A stretch of 64,000 bases of DNA from Eledone cirrhosa (GCA_964016885.1 CAXHJY010000955.1:1-64000), one strand, 5' to 3'; shown: positions 37,600-50,622, counted from the stretch's first letter. Made by a program: numbers and translations. Notes: generated by a model from the sequence alone, not told the origin.

Positions 37600-38730
37600 T
37601 ACAATGATCATTACATGAAATCTAGTATTTAGCCCCATTGCCAGGCTTTGGTGGTGCTTAGCAGGGTTTTACAACATTTTGATTGGTCACTCTAATTCTC
37701 TAGGGAATTAGAGTGACTAGCTTCTTTCGAGAACTTTTTAGTTTGTTTAAATTTATTTTTGTTCTTTCTTCTTGTTTTGAGAAAAGTTACTAGAGTCAAG
37801 ACTTCAAGGAACATATTACAGGACTTTTTTTTATAAACTCTATTTTCGAAATCAGAAGGTGTCCCTTTGAAAAGTAGAGAGGCAGTGTGTTCTATGATGA
37901 ACACTCTGGTATTTATTCAATACAACTCCTAGAGGTGAATTAGCTTACAAATTTAGAAGGGCCCTAGATAAACTTAAACTTAATATTAAGATAGTAGAAA
38001 GACCAGGTACCTCCATAAAAACACTTATTAGTAATACATACCCTTTTCAAAGACCTCCCTGTATAGATAACAAATGCATAATCTGTAAACTAAGCCCCCA
38101 TATTAACTGTAAAACTAGAAACATAGTATATAGCATAAGATGTACTGAAGGACAATGTAAAGATACGAATATAGTGTACATAGGTGAGACAGTTCGTAGT
38201 ATAGGAGAACGGTTAAATGAACACTGGTGAGAGCTTCAAGATAGAAAAGAATCATCAGTACTCCACCAACATGCTAAAACAGAACATAAGGGCAAATTAG
38301 AGAACATAGAAATAAAAATAAAATCTACACACAGAAAAGACGCAATGTTTAGACAAATCACAGAGGCAATAAACATAAATGAAATCCAACCAAAATTAAA
38401 TAGAAAACATGAATGGAATAGCAACATCACAACTTACAATTAAGGACAAAGTGAAAACACACACACATAGAACAAACAACCAACCAGTAACATGTAAATA
38501 AACAAATAAATAAACAAATAAAAACACACACAGACACCCGGATGTAACACATGCGGAAACTAAGCACACAACACACACAAAATGAAGATGGCGTAGGACA
38601 GAACAAGGGAGAGGCACAAAACAAAGAAAAGAATCCCAAGTCACTGAAGAGGTCACAGAATGTGTGACGAAAGAACTTTGACAATATATGAACAACCATC
38701 CGGTTGTGGAACCAACCAACCAACCGGAAA
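37600..38730 (+). mobile_element. Penelope-like retroelement 3' part (GIY-YIG endonuclease and terminal repeat region)
   Basis: 38102-38228 translates INCKTRNIVYSIRCTEGQCKDTNIVYIGETVRSIGERLNEHW*, then SVLHQHA...FRQITEAINI...PKLNRKHEW. Confidence 0.85.
38640..38682 (+). ncRNA. Minimal type I hammerhead ribozyme motif (degenerate stem III), Penelope-associated
   Basis: gtca-CTGAAGA-g-gtcaca(gaatg)tgtgac-GAAA-gaac-TT-tgac: stem I gtca/tgac and a 6-bp stem II. Confidence 0.55.
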
Positions 38731-39958
38731 TTTATAAATTTAAAAAAAAAAATTTTTTTAAATTTATAATAAATTGGAGTGAAAGCAACTGGTGCGTGTG
38801 TTTCTTATTGGCAACTTGACCCTCCCAAAGTATAACAATATCGGTTTCAACACACGTTTTCAGATAAAGAATCTTGCTAAACAAATTCAGAAACGAAATA
38901 TATATATATATATCATCATCATTTAATGTCTGCTTTTCCCTGCTAGCAAAGATTCAACAGATTGCCATAGACCATAGTTCCTGAGCTCTTAGACTGGCAG
39001 GGGCTGCATCTTGTTTACATACATTCCTGCAACCTACAGAGTGTACTGGGTGCATTTTATCATGTCACCAACACTAAGGAGGATGTCTTATGCCCTGACA
39101 CAACCAAAGACTTTTCTGGACCCGTTTTAGCATGGTTTCTACTGTTGGATATACATTTTTGAAGGTTACCAGGCATTGCCTAGGAAAAAGAGAAAAGTTT
39201 CAACAATCCCAGTTTTTCCAATTTACCCTTCTCTGTTTAACCCTAAATTATAAACCTAACTATAAGCTGTTAACTCTAAACCACAATGCTTAAATTCTAA
39301 CTATAATCTCTAATCCTGAACCAAAACTCTAACCTTTACAATATTTGTGTGTGTATATTGCCTCTTTCATTTGTACATAACAATTGTTTGTTCCTACACT
39401 GCTGTCTCACTTCTCTTCCCATTTCTCATTCTTTTTCATTTATCATTTGCTCTCTCTTCCTTGCTATCTGTTTCTCTTCCTCTTTCTCACTCTTATGGCT
39501 TTACTAATAAATCATCTTCTTGCTCCTCATAGATGCTGCTGTCATAAACACTCACTCTTTCTATAACTATGTATTTGTCTTTCACTCTTTTTGTCTTATT
39601 ATCTCTTTCTCTCTCTCTTTACTTTGGAAGGTTTTCTTACACTGCAGTTGTCGTTTAAACAATCTAATCATATCTCAAAAAATATTTCACTGAAGAAAAT
39701 AGAGACTATATATATATATATATATATGCAGTCCAGAAATAGCCGTCGAAACAGCTTGAGCTCTGCCGTCGGGGTCTAATATTTTCCTATATATATATTT
39801 TTTTCCATTTCAGGTAGACGCGCTCCATCATCCACATTTCTAAAAAATAAATCATACAAAACGCCGGCACCAACAGTTTTGCAAGAGATGTCAGCAGGAA
39901 TGGACCTGTTATTTTTATCTAAAGACATTTTTTCCAATTCCAACCCGTTCTCATTCTT

Positions 39959-39994
39959 TCTTCTGATGAAGGACTAGCATCCGAAACGTCAAGA
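39959..39994 (+). ncRNA. Minimal type I hammerhead ribozyme motif
   Basis: tctt-CTGATGA-a-gga(ctagca)tcc-GAAA-cg-TC-aaga: stem I tctt/aaga, stem II gga/tcc, palindromic ACGT stem III, GUC cleavage triplet. Confidence 0.72.
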
Positions 39995-40132
39995 CCCTCT
40001 TCCTGTTATATCAAGCGTTAACCTAATATATCCCTTCCATATACTGTACCGATTGTGTTGTTATTTCTGTTTACCGTTTACATATATATATATATATATA
40101 TGTACACAAGTACTATATCAAACATTCTTGCT

Positions 40133-40174
<42 letters not shown>

Positions 40175-40843
40175 CATTTTAAACAGTATACATTTCATGC
40201 ATTTTTTATTCACTTTCAATTACCATATTTTATGTATTCAGTTTATTGGGGCTGTCTGGAGGAAGAGACAGTACTCATAATATTTGCCCCCCCCCCCCCC
40301 CCCCCAATCATGCAACCGATGAGATTGACACTGTTGATCATCATCATCATTTAACGTCTATCTTCCACGCTAGCATGTGTTTAGACGGGAATTGTCCCAC
40401 TTGAGGCAAGATTGGTTGTCTTGCTCGTATAGGACTGATGTTTAATTTAAATTATTACAGGTTAACTCCTTGATGTTAAGGAAAGGATTACGAACGGCCA
40501 ATGTTCTGGGGAAGAAGGACTGGACATTGTGATTAGTGTGGAAGTTAAACACTATATGGGAGATGAGAGGGAGAGAGATGAGTGAGGCTGGAGTGCCAGC
40601 TTCAAGGAGCTTAGGCCATTTTAGTAGTGGTGGAGATGTGGGCCAGAGGCAGGAATATGTCAAACACTAGCCACAGCAACAGCAATATAATTAACGACAA
40701 CAACATCAAAATATCTTAGACAAAGAGAGAGCCTCTATGCAGTTGCCTGACTTGCAAAAAATAGCAACCAAATCTTCCTCAAATCAGACTCTACAGTCTT
40801 TAAAAAAAGTATACATTGGCTAATATATTCCTAGAGACACTGC

Positions 40844-42074
40844 TAGTGTAGGCTGAACAGTTCATAGGCTGACTATGAAGGAGTCTTGCTAGAGCTGTGC
40901 AATCTTGCTTACATTAATTTAAACTCTTCCTATTAATAATGGCATTGTTTCTTTCAGGTAAACTGACATCTGACTGTTCAAAGCAACTTCTCTTGAAAAT
41001 GGTCAAAATTTGGCATTGTGATGTTATCATGTAATGGCAGAAAAAAGAGTATAGCCATCAAAGACATTCATGTTGACATGGTTGCTATATTAGGGGATGA
41101 TGCTCCAGATTTATCAACAGTGTAAAAGTGGGCAGTTGAATTTAGGAGGGGAAGGGAGGGTCTTGAAGATGACCCAAGGTCTGGATGTCTTGACACTGCG
41201 ACCCGCAAGGAAAACATTGTTCATGTTACCCACATGGTGGTGGATGACAAGTGATTGACTATCAGTCAAATAGCCAATGCTATTAGCATATCTCGTGAGA
41301 GAATTGAGAATATAATGCACAATGAGCTTGGCATAACGAAGGTTTCTGTTCAGTGGGTGCCACGACTTCTGACACCTGATCAAAAGTGCACCAGGCTGAT
41401 CACATCACTGGAAAATCTGAACATTTCCTCATGCAGGATGAGTGTTGGTTCATCACTTTGAGTCAGAGACAAAGAGAGAATCCATGCAGTGGAAACACTC
41501 CTCCTCACCTGCTCCAAAGAAGGCTGGGGTCACTTCATCTGCAGGGAAGGTGATGGCTTCAGTTTTGGGGGATGCAAAAGACCTTGTGTTTATAGACTAT
41601 CTTCAAAAGGGCCACACCATCAATGGAGAGTACTATGTCAACTTGCCAAGGCAGTTATGAAAGGCTATCAAGACCAAACGCCCAGTAAAACTGACGAAAG
41701 GAGTCTTGTTTCATCAGGACAATGCTCCAGCACATAAGTCCTTAGTCTCAATGGCTGCTGTGCATGACTGTTGCTTTAAACTGGTTGATCACCCCACTCC
41801 ACCCTATTTTCTTGATTTGGCCCCATCTAACTATCATCTGTTTCCCAACATAAAAAAATACTTGGCTTGGAACCAGTATCACAGTGATGATGATGATGAT
41901 GACTTTTTTGACCAACAAGATTAAAGTTTCTTCACCAATGGGATCCAAGCACTGCAACACCAATAGAAGAAGTGTGTGGACCACAAGGGGGACTATGTTG
42001 AAAAATAAGCCTCATTTGGTCACATTCCATGAGAGTTCTTGGTCAGCCTATGAACTTTTCAGCTGACCCTTGTA
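40844..42074 (+). mobile_element. Mariner (Tc1/mariner) transposon, full length about 1.23 kb, transposase pseudogenised
   Basis: TIRs gctgaacagttcataggctgac and gtcagcctatgaacttttcagc. WVPRLL, HHFESETKRESMQW, FHQDNAPAH and PPYFLDLAPSNYHLF motifs lie in broken frames. Confidence 0.93.
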
Positions 42075-42233
42075 TGTCTAAAAACAAAACAAATGCTATT
42101 GATTATAGATCTGAGCTTACTTGGGGTCAAGCAACAACCAAATAACAGTTGTAGAACCACCACCACCACCAACACCAACAACAACAAACAAACAATCAAC
42201 TGTAGGTGAATCATCACAACCACCACCACCACC

Positions 42234-42265
<32 letters not shown>

Positions 42266-42844
42266 CACTAGTGTTTGTGTGTGTGTGTTGTACCTCTGTC
42301 GATTCTGACAATGACTGTACCAGTTGTTTCACTTCATGGAACAGCCTGATCATTTCCACAGATATCTGTATCCTGAATGTAATTCTCAGGGAGATTCAGC
42401 ATGAGATAATGTATAACAAGGCTGGTCCTTTTAATTACAGGTACAACTCATTTTTTTTGTCACCTGTGTGAACTGAAGCAGTTACTCAAGGACATGATAT
42501 GCCACCAGGAATCGAACTCACGACCTTATGATCTCGAACTAAACACACAAACCACTAAGTCCTGCACCTTTACAACTCTAATAATGACAATAACAACACC
42601 ATCTAGAACAGCAACAAGGCAAGTCCCTTGTTAGTGTTTAATCTTCAGTGTTTCAGCAAGCAGACATCTACGTAGAAGGAAATATTGATTTTTATGGCAA
42701 GCAAGCACATCAGCTACAGTGTCGTGGCTGGTGTTGTAGAGACTGTGACATGTGTCATGGAAGTCTAAATGGTTGCTGTCGTGTACACAACAGATGTCTC
42801 CGTTGTGTGTAGGCTTTGGCGAGGCGTTGTATAGTAGCAGTAGA

Positions 42845-42882
42845 CACATCAACATCATCATTGGCATCATCATCACCACCGC

Positions 42883-42923
<41 letters not shown>

Positions 42924-44035
42924 CCACCACCACCACCACCACCACCACAACCGCCGCCACCGCCACCACCACCACCACCACCACCACTGCCACCACCACC
43001 GCTGCCACCACCACCGCTGCCGCCACCATCACCACCACCACCACCACCACCACAGCCACCACCACCACCACAACCACCACAACCACCACCACAACCACCA
43101 CCACCACTGCCACCACCACCGCTGCCGCCACCACCGCTGCCGCCACCACCACCACCACCACAGCCACCACCACCACCACCACAACCACCACCACCGCTGC
43201 CACCACCACCGCTGCCACCACCATCACCACCACCGCCGTCACAACCACCACCACTGCCACCACCACCGCTGCCGCCACCACCACCGCCACCACCACCACC
43301 ACCACCACCACTGCCACCACCACCACCACCACCACTGCCACCACCACCGCTGCCACCACCATCACCACCACCGCCGCCACAACCACCACCACTGCCGCCA
43401 CCACCACCGCCACCACCACCACCACCACTGCCACCACCACCGCTGCCACCACCACCGCTGCCGCCACCATCACCACCACCACCACCACTACCACCAATAC
43501 CACCACCACCACCACCACCACCACCACCACAACCACCACCACAACCACCACCACCACTGCCACCACCACCGCTGCCGCCACCATCACCATAACCGCCGCC
43601 ACCACCACCACCACCACCACCACCACCACAACCACCACCACCACCAACACCATCATCACTCCTCGCCATCCATATCATCATCATCATCATCATCATCACC
43701 ATCACCACTACTTCCACCATGACCACCACTTCTACCACCACCACCACCATCACCACTGCTACCACCACTACCACCATCATTATCATCACCAACACCTCCA
43801 CCATCACCACAACCACCACCACCTTCTTCTTCCCTTTCTTCTTCAATCTCTTAATGATTGTTATGATAATCATCCCCAGTCATCACTATCACCATCATCA
43901 TCATCACTTTCACCATCATCATCATGATCATCATCATCAGCATCACCACCATCATCATCATCACCACCATCATCATCATCATAATTACTATCATCAACAT
44001 CATCATCGTTACCACCACCACCATCATCATCACCA
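42845..44035 (+). repeat. Compound trinucleotide microsatellite (CAG)n-(CCA/CCG/CTG)n-(CAT/CAC)n
   Basis: About 1.2 kb of triplet repeats with a recurring higher-order phrase; long homopolymeric ORFs in several frames. Confidence 0.92.
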
Positions 44036-44881
44036 GAAATAGTAGTTATTAATTTGATAGTAGTAAAGTTGTTTCTCTTACTTATGTTGTTGTTCTTGTT
44101 TAGCTTGTTTACCCCAGTTCACCACTCATTCAGTAGACATATCATTGAAGGTTTTTCAAACTATGCTCATCGTGTCATATATTCAGACACAGTATGTCTA
44201 AGACTATATTATTATTTAGTGTGTCCTTTCTTGTTCAACCCTTTAGTTACCAACCCAGCCAAAACAAGCTCTGGTTCCATGAAATAAAACCAACCATTTT
44301 AAAGGTTTCCAATTTAAACTTAAATCTTCCATCAAAATTCTATATAAGAACCTTACATTAAGTTACTATCTTAATAATGAAATAATTAATAATTTTCATA
44401 AAATCAGCCCTCATTCTATGAAATAAAACCACCCATTTTAAAGGTTTCTAAATTATATTAAAATCTTCCAACATGAGTTTATTTAACAACCTTACATTAA
44501 GTTATTATCTTTGTAATGAAATAATTAATAAAATTCTTCATTAATTAATTAAATTAGAGTATATTGCATTAGAAATATGGTCATGAAAGGGTTAAGATGT
44601 TAGGGTGAGATTTGAGGGATATTTGGCTGCTACTTCTGGCAAAAAAGAATTCTCTTGGTAGTTTGTAGCCACAGGTAATCTTTAATCCTGCAGACCTACA
44701 ATCAAAGGTATTCCAGTTATGATCATCCCGTTCTTTTAAATAACTAAGACTAAATTGACAAACGTGTCTTTTTGAAAGACAGTTGTGTGTGATATGAAGG
44801 AACTTGCCTCTTATTTCTAGCCGGCTGAATGACTACATAGAGGTTCCCTTTTGTTGGTGGTGGGTGTATTGTTTGTAGCAC

Positions 44882-44882
44882 T

Positions 44883-44926
<44 letters not shown>

Positions 44927-45066
44927 TAGTAGTAGCAGCAGCAGTAGCAGTAGTAGTAGTAGTAGCAGCAGCAGCAGCAGCAGTAGCAGTAGTAGTAGTA
45001 GTAGTAGCAACAGCAGCAGTAGTAGCAGCAGCAGTAGTAGTTGTAGCAGCAACACCAGCAGCAGTA
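44882..45066 (+). repeat. (AGC/AGT)n microsatellite
   Basis: Direct reading. Confidence 0.95.
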
Positions 45067-46329
45067 GAAATTGTGTCTTCACTCTGCTGCAGACAGTTCT
45101 GCTTGGCACACATGAAAACAATCTCCCCACCATCAGACAATAGAATATTAAGGAAAAATAATAAAATATAAAATTATTTTAAAAACTAACAAAATATAAA
45201 CCGAAAATATAAGAAAAAAGGTAAAACAAAGAAAGAGAGAGAGAGAGAGAGATCAAATGAAGGAAGAGGAAATTGCTGAGATTTTTAAGAAAAAAATCTT
45301 TAACTGGAAGCAAAGAATTATCTTGCTGCAAAATTTTTCAATAGATTATTTTTTCTTATCCAAAGTCAATATAAGCTAAATTTATACCAATGTAATATTG
45401 CTCACATTCTTAATAATAATGGTTTCTAATTTAGGCACAAGGCCAGCAATTTGAGGGGTGGAGAAAGTTGATTTCTATCGACCTTTGCATCTGAGAGGCA
45501 TTTTATTTTATAAAGCTTGAAAGGATGAAAGGCAAAGTTGACCTCAACAGGATTTGAACTCAGAATGTCTATAACTAAACACCACTAGTCATTTAGCTAG
45601 TGCTATTTAAATTTGGCATTCTTTATGATACAGCAATCAACATCATCATCATCATCAGCATCATCTTTTTTTTACATCTGTTTCTCTTTGCTAGCATGGG
45701 TTGAATAGGTATTTTCCTCTGCAGATTCCCTCAACTTGTGTTCCTTTCATCATCTCCTCTGTGAAGCAAAGCATTTTGAGATCTGCTCTCACAACATCTG
45801 GCCAGGTCTTCCTTGGTTTTCCTCTACTGCAGCTTCCTTCCACGGGGAACTCCTCACACTCCTTCACTCAATGATCATTCTCCATGTAATAATAATGCTT
45901 TCTAACATATGCACCAGGTCAGATATTTGGAGTTAGTTGAATATAAAGTGACCCTATTCTTGACTGGTACTTTATTTTGTTAAACCCGGAAGGATGAAAT
46001 GCAAAGTTAACCTTGTTGGGATTTGAACACACAATGTAAAGGGATGTTACTAAATACTACAAAGCATTTTGTTTGATGCTCTAACAATTCTACTACAAAC
46101 ATCGCCCTGACCTAGGCCCAGAGCCTATCACCCTCTCCTCTTCCTCCTCTCATTCTTCCGCAGCTTAATAGTCCTTTATAGTCCTTTCCTTTACTTTCCT
46201 GTACATATAAGAAAAATGACATTCCAACAAGACTCTTCTTGGAATATCCCTCTTCTAATTGAAATGAGTTTAATTTTTATTGTTCTTTCTTTTATCTGTA
46301 TTTGCAAAAATATTTGCCATTAACTTGTG

Positions 46330-46570
46330 ATATTTTTAATGTATCTTTTTATTAATGCTACCTTACTCATAGCTAGTATTTCTAGAATCTTTGTGTGGGA
46401 AATACTGTCAAAAGCCTTCTTGTAGTCAATCCAATATATGTTCAGATCCTTCTTTCTCATTCAGCAGTCTTCAATTACTGCTGTCCTGTATCTTTGGTTG
46501 TTGGGATTAAGATGTGTTTCCCTCAGTGAGCCTGTCAAGGCTTGTCACAAACTCTGTCAGTATTTTATTA
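46330..46570 (-). mobile_element. R4/Dong-like LINE RT fragment
   Basis: Translates AVIEDC*MRKKDLNIYWIDYKKAFDSISH. Confidence 0.6.
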
Positions 46571-46595
46571 AATTTCTCCGGTAGTACCTTATATC

Positions 46596-47070
46596 ATTAT
46601 CATCATCATCATGTCTGTTTTTCCACATATGCATGGGTTAGACAGGTCCTTCTCAGCACAGCATCTCTCCACTCTCTGTGTTTCTTCGACATCTCCTCTG
46701 TGAGTCACAGTGAATTGAGGTCAGGTCTTACCACTTCTGCCCAGGTCTTTCTTGGTCTACCTCTACTGTGGGTTTAAGAGGAATCTGAAGTGGTGTGCAA
46801 GAGAGAGGACTGCATTAGTACAGACATGTGATGCGCATAGATGATGATTGATGGGTGAAGAAGTGCCAGGAAATGCCAGTGGAAAGAAGCGACAGTAGAG
46901 GTAGACCAAGAAAGACCTGGGCAGAGGTTGTGAGAGCTGAATTCAAATCAGAGGCTCACAAAAGAGACGACAATGAAACGCAGTGAGTGGAGAGATGTTG
47001 TGTTGAGAAGGACTTGTCCAACCCATGCAAGTGTGGAAAAATGAATGTAAAAACAATGATGATGCTGATG
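46596..47070. mobile_element. Two RTE 3' ends in inverted, tails-out orientation
   Basis: 46596-46770 is the reverse complement of about 46890-47070; (CAT)n and (GAT)n tails at the outer ends. Confidence 0.8.
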
Positions 47071-47374
47071 ATGAAAGTGATGATGATGATGATGGTGGTG
47101 GCGGTGGTGCTGTTGATGATGATCATGATATTAATATGTTAAAAATCCTTATAATTCTTATCATTATTGACCTCCTGGTGGTGGTGATGATGTCAATAAC
47201 GTTAATTTTGGAATTGTTCTTACCATTTCATCCATGTATGCCACATAACAGCCAAGCTTTGTGTCTGGCATACAGCAAGGAACAGGAAAAGTACTTTGTT
47301 TATTAAATTTTCCCTCTTAAACATACATCTCCTCAGACATCTAATTCATCTATGCATTATATATTGTTTGTTCA

Positions 47375-47566
47375 GGGCGGTGGATTGGCAGTATCGGTAG
47401 AGGGTCGGACGCCATGCTTTCTAGCATGGAGTTACAGCCCTTGCCATTCTGAGTTCAAATCCCGCCGAGGTTAACTTTGCCTTTCATCCTTACGGGGTCG
47501 ATAAAATAAAGTACCAGTAATGCACTGGGTAATTGCTGGCCTTGTGCCAAAAGTAGAAACAATTAT
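47375..47566 (+). mobile_element. Young full-length tRNA-derived SINE with TSD
   Basis: A-box tggcagtatcggtag and B-box gagttcaaatcc. atatattgtttgttca is duplicated on both sides. Confidence 0.92.
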
Positions 47567-47757
47567 ATATTGTTTGTTCATCTATCAATACTGGCTTTTT
47601 TTTAGGGCTTTCAGATATTTGAATACTATTAGATTTGGGAAAGATTTTTTTTTCAACAGGTTTTATGAATTTCTTTTCTGTTCTTTCTTGTGGTTAACTC
47701 TTAACATTTTGTAATGATTTAGCAAAACATGTCTAAAACTGGGTTTGTTAATTCAAA

Positions 47758-48469
<712 letters not shown>

Positions 48470-49157
48470 GTCATGTAGGTGTCATGACAAAAAGCACTCA
48501 ACCCACACTGTAAAGTGGTCATGTGGGTGTCATGACAAAGAGCACCCAGTACACACTGCAAAGTGGTCATGTAGGTGTCATGTCAAAAACAACCCAGTAC
48601 ACACTGTAAAGTGGCCATGTAGGTGTCATAAAAAAAAGCACCCAGTACACACTGCAAAGTGGTTGTATAGGTGTCATAACAAAAAGCACCCAGTATACAC
48701 TGTAAAGTGGTTGTATAGGTGTCATAACAAAAAGCACCCAGTATACACTGTAAAGTGGTTGTATAGGTGTCATAACAAAAAGCACCCAGTATACACTGTA
48801 AAGTGGTTGTATAGGTGTCATAACAAAAAGCACCCAGTATACACTGTAAAGTGGTTGTATAGGTGTCATAACAAAAAGCACCCAGTATACACTGTAAAGT
48901 GGTTGTATAGGTGTCATAACAAAAAGCACCCAGTACACACTGTAAAGTGGTTGTGTAAGTGACATGACAAAAAGCATCCAGCTACACACTATAAAAGTGG
49001 TTGGCATTAAGAAGGGCATCCAGCCATAGAAATTAAGCCAGAAACAGTTCTATATGAGCAAGACACGGTCACCTGACCCAACATGCCTCAAACAGGACAA
49101 CCCTCTAACTTATGCTAGCGTAGAAAATAGATGTTAAATGATGATGATGGTGATGAT
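48470..49157 (+). mobile_element. RTE 3' UTR with a 48-bp unit expanded to about 11 tandem copies
   Basis: Unit gttgtataggtgtcataacaaaaagcacccagtatacactgtaaagtg. The same unit occurs about twice at 19650-19745; (GAT)n tail at 49138. Confidence 0.88.
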
Positions 49158-50621
49158 AGTGTAACTATTGTATTGACAGATTAACATATGAAAACATTTC
49201 CTCAATTGAAACAGGCAGTATCCTCCTAGTTTAGCACACAAAAATTTGTTACTGTCCCTTGTGCCTTAAAGCCAATTGTATCAACCTTAAAGTAATGAAA
49301 AAATGTATCTCTATCGGTCGACTGATGAAATGGGACTGTCTGTAATCGTTTATTTTCCTATCTTCACTCATATTTTTTATTCATTAGTATGTCTTTAGCC
49401 ACCTGGTACTCTTTTTTCAAATATATATCATCATCATCATCATCATTTTACGTCTGCTTTTCCCTGCTTGCAAGGGTTGGACGGGTCCTATTCAGCACAG
49501 CATCTCTCCACTTGTCACGGTCCTTTGTCATCTCCTCGGTGAGTATATATATATATATATGTATATATATACACAATAATTCAGGGTAAGCAATTGTCAT
49601 GGGCAACAAATTTTCTAGACAAATGTATTCACATTGTGCATGTTTGTATGATTATATAGGCACAATGACATAAGAAGGTCTAAGAGTAAAGTTGTCAGAA
49701 GATCGATGATTACCATCCATATACATATATATATATAGATGCATTGTCAAAGTCAGATAACAAGTTAAAGAACTTACATAGATGGTAAAATTCCGATTAT
49801 TTCAAAATTGGATAGCAAGAAAAAAACTTACTTAAATATAGTAAAATTCTGAGATTTCAATTATTGTGTTATTGCTCCTAATTGAAATTCTTAAATTTTA
49901 TATTAGTAGAGCTGACTTCAGATTCTAATAGTGACTATCTTTAGCACTTTGGTTAACCTATACTTTTGTCAGACAATATGATTAATAATTGTATGTATTA
50001 ATCAATATTTTAATACATGTATATATATCATCATCATCATCATCACCGTTTTACGTCCAATCTTCCACGCTAGCATGGGTTAGACGGATTGTCCTGTTGT
50101 GGGCGATGTTAGGTTGGGTGACTTTGTCTTGCTCATACGGGAACTGATTTTGGCTTGATTTCTACAGCTGGATGGTTCTTACATAAAATTATGATGGAAG
50201 GTTTTTAGGTAAATATAGACTTTAAAATAAAGAGTCCCATAGCATAAACCAGCAGCTGTTTCAAGCAGTTTGGTATCAAAAGGGTTTAGAAACATTTCAT
50301 TGTTAATCACAGACTAATGTAATGAATAGTGAAACCAAGAAAACAGCTTTGATTTACCACATGAGTCAAAACTATCATTTTACAACTTTATCAACATTGA
50401 AGATTTTTCTTATACAAATAAAAATAAGATAAAAATACACCAGACTTTGAATTTCAATAGTCTTCAATTCATTGAAATAAGAATGTTTATAAACATGGAG
50501 ATTCATATTATATTACATTTTGCCATTTTTTTTTTACTAAAAATTGGAAAATATTTTATGCAATTATCCAGTATTGAATTCTGTGGAATCAAATCTGTGT
50601 GTAAATAGACACACACATTCA

Positions 50622-50622
50622 C

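Noticed and set aside
42631-43927. Long ORFs (poly-V, poly-T, poly-G, poly-P; 258-391 aa) as genes
   Set aside because: Open only because triplet repeats lack stops. Several overlapping frames on both strands are open and no flanking domain such as FH2 is seen.
44104-44200. Stop codons rescued by A-to-I editing in a putative minus-strand exon
   Set aside because: TGA codons occur in all frames. CpG decay or non-coding status is simpler, and nothing in the sequence supports editing.
47375-47470. tRNA gene
   Set aside because: The A/B boxes belong to a SINE head, with a conserved downstream core, TSD and more than 10 dispersed copies; no proper cloverleaf.
48567-49019. Repetitive 150-aa and 99-aa ORFs
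   Set aside because: By-products of a 48-bp tandem unit in an RTE 3' UTR.
49318-49350. Third hammerhead (ctgatgaaatggga...)
   Set aside because: No stem II or downstream GAAA core.
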